Positions 48,780 to 64,000 of a DNA stretch of 64,000 nt are shown piece after piece. The notes beneath the pieces were generated by a model, which saw only the letters and a program-made list of their open reading frames with translations, was not told where the DNA came from and searched no databases. The position numbers were made by a program, and so were the translations under genes. How positions within the stretch are numbered: position 1 is the stretch's first letter; each line of letters starts with the position of its first letter. Source of the DNA: the human T2T-CHM13v2.0 reference genome, Homo sapiens; the NCBI RefSeq assembly GCF_009914755.1, contig NC_060947.1. One strand, given 5' to 3'.

Positions 48780-51337
48780 GAACTGCAGTTTGGACTGGAT
48801 GTTGAAGACCCATTTCTCTCTGATCCTCTTTGTTAAGACGACTATAAACCCTGGAAATAATACAGGAAGCAACCAGAGGTTAACTATGAAAGGTAGTAAG
48901 AGAAAAGCAGTCTGGTTAGGGACATCAGGACTAAAGGAGTAACACAGAAGCCTGGCATCGTATGACTCCCTCCCATCCAACAGAGGAAGGCAGCCCAAAC
49001 CCAACATTTCACAACCTCTATTCTAGCAACTGAAGGCAGCCTAGGTAGATTCATCCCTCCCCTGATTGAAGGGAAGTTCCACCAAAAAGGTAAACTAACA
49101 GAATGAACAAGGAGGATACATTGAGATCCCCACTGACAATAAGCAGTCAGATCAAGCACTCCTTTGCTGGAGCTGACACTACCTACTGCCCCAAGAGATA
49201 TAGGGGCAGGCAGGCAGAACCACAAAACCAACAAAAGAGACTCAGCTACAGTAAGCAGCCTATTCATGAAGTCTCTATGTACCCACATGTCTGAGAGTGT
49301 CCTTCCCCTCCTAGACAAACCAGGACAGCTGGGAATCACCAGGGAAGAGATCTAGTCACATGCACTGAGCTAGAGAAGCTTCTTTGTTTCCATGGGCCTC
49401 AGAATCCAGTCCCCACCAGTTATACTGGGCTGCCAAGGGACACGAGCAAGGGGGATCCACCAGAACAAGAAGCCCAATCCAGAAAGCTTCTTTGTCCCAA
49501 TAGCACTAGATAATTTAAGGAAACCATAAGAGCACCACAAAAGGCTCTAAAAATTAAATCGTCATTGGAATGGCAGCTCACAAAAATAGGTAAGGACCTG
49601 TGTGCTAGAGCCAAACATGGTGACAGCCTATTAAAAGAAAATATGTAAGAAAATATTTAAATAAGATCCAGAATTGTCACACATGATAGCCGATATGTCC
49701 AGGATACACTGAAAATCACCCATCATACCAAGATCCAAGAAAATACAATCTAAATTAGAAATGACAACCAACAGATGCCAATGCCAAGATGAGTAAGATG
49801 TTGGAATTATCCAGCAATGGTTTTAATGCAACTGCCATTATAATGTTTCAAAAAACAATTACAAATTTTCTTGAATTTATATTTTTAATTTTTATCTTTT
49901 TAATATATAAAGTTGTAAGAAAAGAAATAGAAGTTGTAAATAACAAATGAAAATTATAGACTAAAAATGTACATTAGCTGAACTAAAAAAATGCTGGATG
50001 GGCTTAGTAGTAGAGAGATGACAGAGGACAGAATTAGTGAACATGGAGACTGACTAACACAATTTATGCAATCTAGACAGAAGTGAGAAAATAGAATTGA
50101 AAAAATGAACAGAGACTCAGGATCCTGTGGGACTATAACAAAAGATTCTCACGTCCATATCATCAGATTGGCAGAAGGAGATGAAAAAGAAAGTAGAGCT
50201 GAAAGTGTATTGGAAGCAATAATGGCTAAAAATTTCCCAAATGTGGGAAGAGACAAACCTACAGATTCAAAAACGTGCATGAACTTCAAACAGAATATAT
50301 CCAAAGAAATCCATGGCAAGAAACATTATAATTAAACTTATGAACACTAAAGACAAAGAAAAGTAGATGAGTAAAGAGATTGAATTAGTAGTAAACAATA
50401 CCCACAAAGAAATGCCCGAGCATAGATTACTTCACTGGTAAATTTTATCAAGTATTTAAAAAAGAATTATTAACAATACTTCATAAATTATTCCAAAATA
50501 TAGAAGAGAACACACTTTCCAACTCCTTCTATGATGCCAGTATTAACTACCCTCAAACCAAAACCAGACAGAGAATAAAGAAAGAGGAATGGGGAGGGAG
50601 GGAGAAATGGAGGAAAGAAAGGAAGAAAGAAAAGTAAACTACAAACTTACATCGCTAATGAACATAGAATCACAAACTCCCAAAATATTAGCAACTGAAA
50701 ACCAGAAATGTATAAAAATTCATATATTATGAGCAAATCAAATGTATTGCTGGAAACAGAATGGTTCAATATCAATCAATGTAATTCCCCAAATCAGGAA
50801 GCTAAACAAGAAAAATCATATGATCATAACAATTTATGCAGAAAAAATATTTGACAAAAATCAAACAAGAATTCATGATAAAAACCTGTCAACACAAGCA
50901 AGGAATACAGGATAATTACTTTAACTTGATAAAGAACATCCACAAAATCCCTACGTTAACATCATATGTAATAGTGAAAGACTAATATGTTTCCTCTAAG
51001 ATGGAGAGCAAGACAAGTATGTCTACTCTTACCACTACTATTCAACATAGTACTGGCAGTTCCAGCCACTGCAGTAAGGAAAAGAAAAGAAATAAAAGAC
51101 ATGTGAATTGGAAAATAAGAGATAAAAATGTCCTTGTTTAAAATAAGCTAATTAAGACAAGAAATATAAATAAAAAGCATACAGATAGGAGAGGAAGAAA
51201 TAAAACTGTCTTTGTTAAACAGAAGACATCATCATTCACATAGAAATCTAAAATCATAAAAAAATTTTCCTGGAACTAATAAGTGATTATAGCAGGGTTG
51301 CAGGATTCAAGATTAGTACACAAAAGTCAACTTCTTT
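48780..51337 (+). mobile_element. Ancient L1M (MC/MD-like) 5' region, ORF1 and ORF2 remnants with internal deletion
   Basis: ORF1-like aatggctaaaaatttcccaaat; RT-like ttattccaaaatatagaagag and tattcaacatagtactgg; interrupted by L1 C. Confidence 0.7.
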
Positions 51338-53081
<1,744 letters not shown>

Positions 53082-53681
53082 TAGCACCACCCCAAATGCA
53101 ACACTTAGGTATAAATCCAACAGAATATTTACAATATTTGTAAGAGAAAAAACACAAAACTCTGATGAAAAATAAAATAACTAAATAAATGGAGACATAT
53201 TTCATGCTTATAAATACGAATACTCAATATTGTCAAGATGTCAGTTCTTCCCAACTTGATCTACAGATTCAACACAATCCCAATAAAAATCCCAGCAAGT
53301 TGTTTTGTGGATATCAACAATGTGATTCTAAAATTTATATGAAAAAGCAAAAGACTGGGAATAGTCAATTCAATATTGAAAGAGAAGAACAAAATCAGAG
53401 GACTGACACTATCATACTTTAAGCCATACTATAAGGCTACAGTAGTGAAAACATTGTGGTACTGAAAACGAAACAAAACAAAACAAAAAAACAGAGTAAT
53501 GGAACAGAATAGAAGGTGCAGAAATAGACAAACATAAATATAGTCAACTGAATTTTGACAAGGGAGCAAAAGCAATAGAATAGAGAAAAGATAATCTTTT
53601 CAAAAAGTCGTGCTGGAACAACTAGACATCAACATGACAAAAAATGAATCTACACACAAACCTCAGGTCTTTAACAATTAA

Positions 53682-54083
<402 letters not shown>

Positions 54084-54360
54084 CGCGATTACTTTTTAGT
54101 TGCAATACTAAGGACACAATCCATGAAAGAAAAACGTGATAATCTGGGCTTCATTAAAATTAAAATTTCCTATTCTGCAAATGACACTGCCAAGAGTATA
54201 AAAAGAAGGCAAAAGACTGAGAGAAAATATTTGCAAAAGGTATTACATAAAAGACTGTTATCAAACATATGCAAATAACTCTTAAAACTCAATAAGAATG
54301 CAAACAATCAAATTTAAAAATGGCCTAAAAATCTTAACAGACACTTCATTAAAAAAGACA

Positions 54361-54735
54361 TAGAAGGTTCCTGACTTATGATAGTTAAATCTATTATTTT
54401 TCTACTTTATGAGGGTGTGCAAGTGATATATATTCAGTAGACACTGTACTTTGAGTACTTATACAACAAATTTGTTTTTCACTTTCAGTACAGTATTCAA
54501 CAAATTGCATCAGATATTCAACATTTTATTATAAATTAGGCTTTGTGTTAGATGTGTTAGATGATTTTATCCAATTGAAGGCTAATGTAAGTGTTCTGAG
54601 TATATTTAATGTAGGACAGGCTAAGCTATGATATTTAGTAGGTTAGGTGTGTTAAATGCATTTTCTATTTATGATAGTTTTAACTTATAAATGGTTTATC
54701 AGGACATAACCCCATTGTAAGTCAAGGAGCATCTG
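54361..54735. mobile_element. Tigger4 (Zombi)-like MITE
   Basis: Termini ...ttcctgacttatgat / attgtaagtcaaggagcatctg; internal aggctaagctatgat...ggttaggtgtgttaaatgcatttt. Confidence 0.78.
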
Positions 54736-55685
54736 TGCAGATGAAAAACAAACATGTAAAAAGATGCTTCACATTATATGTCATAAGGGAAATGTTAGTT
54801 AAAACAACAATGAAGTACCATAGCACATCTGTTGGAATGGCCAAAATTCAAATGCTGAAAACACCAAATGCTGGTGAACAGGTAAAACAGCAGAAATTGC
54901 TGGTTGGAATGCAAAATGGTGCAGCCATTTTGGAAGACAGTTTGGTGGTGTCTTACAAAACTAGACTCTTACCATATGATCTAGCAATCGGAATCCTTGG
55001 TTTTTGCCCAAAAGAGTTGAAAACTTATGTCCACATAAAAACCTGTACATAAATGTTTACTTCAGCTTTATTTATAATTGTCAAAGCACAGAAGCAGCCA
55101 AGAGGTCCTTCAATAGGTGAATGGATAAACAACCTGTGATACACTCATGCAATGGAATTTTATTCAGTGATAAAAAGAAGTGAGTTATTAAGCCATGAAA
55201 ACCCGTGCAGGAAACATAAATGCATATTAGTAAGTAAAATCCAAAATTAAAAGGCTGCATATGCTATGATTCCAACCATATGACATTCTGGAAAAGGCCA
55301 ATCTATGAAGACAGTAAAAAAAAAAAAATATCAGTAGTTGCCAGGGGTTAGTGGGGAGGGAGCCATGAATAGGCAGGGCACAGAGAATTTTTACAGCAAT
55401 TAAAATAATTGGTGACACTACAATGGTAGATACCTGCCATTAAATATTTGTCCAAACTTATAGAATACACAACACCAAGAGTGAACCCTAATGTAAACTA
55501 CAGACTTTGGGTGATAAGGATGTATCAATGTGGGTTAATCAATTTTAACAAATGTACCACCCTGGGGGAGTTGTATACGCATGGTGGTGAGAGGCAAGGA
55601 ATATATGAGAAAGCTCTACCTTCTGCTCAATTTTATTGTGAACCTAAAACTGTTATAAAAATAAAACCTATTAAAAATGTCTATA

Positions 55686-61722
<6,037 letters not shown>

Positions 61723-61725
61723 ACT

Positions 61726-64000
61726 GGGGAAGAGGAGCCAAGATGTTCAACTTGATGCAGCCAGGAAGAGCATCTCCCACTGAGACCAGACCATCAAGAA
61801 GACTGGAACACTCTGAGCAGATATTTGGAAGGAAGGCCTTGACAGTAGTTGCAGCTAGGACACAGACCCTGGGATTAAAGAGGAGGAAGCTGGGAACCCT
61901 GCACAGGGCTGCCAAGCACCAAGACTTGTTCCTTGCCCCCAGAGATTCTTCAGGAAGGAGTGAATTAACTAGGCAAAGGGTGGCCTACTCTCACCATGGA
62001 CCCCTTGAGTCCTAGCTGCAGGAGACTCCATGACCCTCACATATATTTGAGTTGATGGGAGAGCTACTTGGAGAGGTGACAGGGACAGCAGTCTAGCCTG
62101 TGGGGATCTCCTAGAATTTGGCATGGAAATGGCTGCAAGGGAACAGAAACAGGGAATGCCCATCCTGTAAGGCTCACCATGCTCCTCTAGGTGGATGTGG
62201 CCTTTGTTGACTGTCAGACCTGCACAGAGCAGGGCAGTCTTGCCCGTGGGACAGGGCCAGTCTCATCTGAGCACTGCCCTGTCTGCTGGGCACTCTTGGG
62301 GACTCTGTCTGGCTGTGCCCACTTGCAGTGCAGCCTCAAATGACAACTCATGCTCCTTTGGTGACAGACCACACCTGACCATCGGGGGCTACAGCAGGAG
62401 GGCACTCCTCTTTTGATGTGCTCGCACCCACTCACAGGCTCGTCCCACCACACACTGCCCCCAGTGCTTTTCCTGGGTAAACTCACCCACAGGGCTCCTC
62501 CATGGCATTGCCAACACACACTTGCCCACAGCCACCCAGTTGCTCTGCAAAAGCACGCGTACAGGAGGATCTCACTGCCTTGCACCTGATGGCACTTGTG
62601 TGCAGACATTGCCACCACACCCCTTCTGGTATGCACAAGCTGCTGCCCTGCCCCTGCTGACAGGTGCAGCATACTGTAGCCACTGTCACATACACATGCG
62701 TGGGTATTGCAACCCTGCATCCATGAGGACGCTGCTCTTATCCCCACCAACATACACAGAAAATCCTGCCACACCCCCGCCGGCACCACAAACCTGCTGC
62801 TGTGCCTGCATCCTGCCATGTGCTGCCACTGGGGACACACATGCATGAGCATGGACCCTGCTGCCACCACCCTAATGATGTGATTTAGTTGGTACCCCCC
62901 ACATCAGAGTGTTGTTGCCAGTGGAACAGGAACACCTTAGCCCTTCCAGTGCAGCAGGTGCTTAACTTTGAGGGGCAAGATAACAAAGCTGTGGGCCTGG
63001 TACCAGCACCCCAGGGTTAGAGCATGCATCCTAAGAGTGTAGAGCTGAGCCTAGGCTCACTGAAATCTTTCAGAAAAGAAGACAGTAGACAGAACCCACC
63101 ATATACCACAGCCAAACCCTCAAGGGCATCAAAGAATATAAAAGCCAAAAGCCCTTTCCAAAGGAGAGCAAATTCAAACATTAAAGGGACATCAACCCAC
63201 ATAGATGAGAAAGAACCAGTGCAAAAACTCTGGAAATTCAAAAATCCAGTGTCTTCTCATCTCCAAATGACCACGCTAGCTCCCCAGCAATGGCTCTTAA
63301 CTAGGCTGAAAGAGCTGAAATGAAAAACATAGAATTCAGAATCTGGATAGGAATGAAAATCATCAAGATTAAAGAGAAATTCGAAACCCAATCTAAACAA
63401 TCTAAGGCATCCGAGAAATCAAATCAAGATCTGAAATATGAAGTAGCCATTTTAAGAAAGAACCAAAGTGAACAAAAGGAGCTGAAAAAGACACTGCAAG
63501 AATGTCATAAAATACAGTTGCAAGAATTAACAGCAGGATAGACCAGGCTGAGGAAAGAATCTCAGAACACAAAGACTAGTACTTCAAATCAACTCAATAG
63601 GACAAAAATGAAGAAAAAAGAATTTTAAAAGAATAAACAAAACCTCCAAGAAATATGGAATTATGTAAAGAAATAAAACCTATGACTTATTGGCATCCCT
63701 GGAAAAGTGGAAGAAAGAGCAAGCAACTTGGAAAATATGTTTGACAATATTGTCCAAAAGAAAATTCCCTAACCTTTCTAGAGAGGTCAACATTCAAATT
63801 CAGGAAATGAAGAGAATACAAGATTACCATCCCCAAGACACATTGTCATCAAATTATCCAAGAACGATCTGAAAGAAAAAATACTAAAGGCAGCTAGAGA
63901 TAAGGAGCAGGTCCCCTACAAAGGGAACCTCATCAGCCAAACAGCAGACCCTTCAGCAGAAACCCTACAAGACAGAAGAGATTGGAGACCTATATTCAGC
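61726..64000 (+). mobile_element. Old primate L1 (L1PA15/16 or L1PREC2-like) 5'UTR and ORF1, cut by window end
   Basis: ggggaagaggagccaagatg...gcagccaggaagagcatctcccactgag; ORF1 remnants (MKNIEFRIW..., FPNLSREVNIQIQEM). Confidence 0.75.

Noticed and set aside
61743-63323. Several 64-218 aa ORFs (e.g. 62214..62870 -)
   Set aside because: They fall within the GC-richer 5'UTR of an old L1 and show no protein family signal.

Overview
Hominoid (human or great-ape) genomic DNA, judged from an SVA, AluY and L1PA3/4 elements. It looks intronic or intergenic, and I could not support any cellular gene exon, RNA gene or CRISPR array. Roughly three quarters is transposon-derived: a TSD-flanked older-type SVA, a two-LTR THE1C provirus, solo MaLR LTRs, MER5/MER63/Tigger4 DNA transposons, Alus, MIR/L2 relics and many nested old L1s. 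There are also four young L1PA copies. A is full-length (+, 15918-22083) and B is full-length (-, 37648-43735). C (51338-53006) and D (57837-60265) are 5'-inverted twin-primed insertions. All long ORFs are L1 remnants or repeat artefacts. The main unexpected signal is that these four independently inserted L1s, each with its own TSD, share many non-consensus substitutions in a non-tree-like pattern (A+B, A+C, A+D, B+C, B+D, C+D). This suggests repeated local non-allelic gene conversion; a lineage-specific subfamily or assembly mixing are the alternatives. Also notable are a 185-codon read-through ORF0 in A, retention of the ZNF93-bound 129-bp segment in A and B, and candidate enhancer-like unique blocks at 25-35 kb. 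Subfamily names come from recalled consensus sequences, and old-repeat boundaries are approximate.
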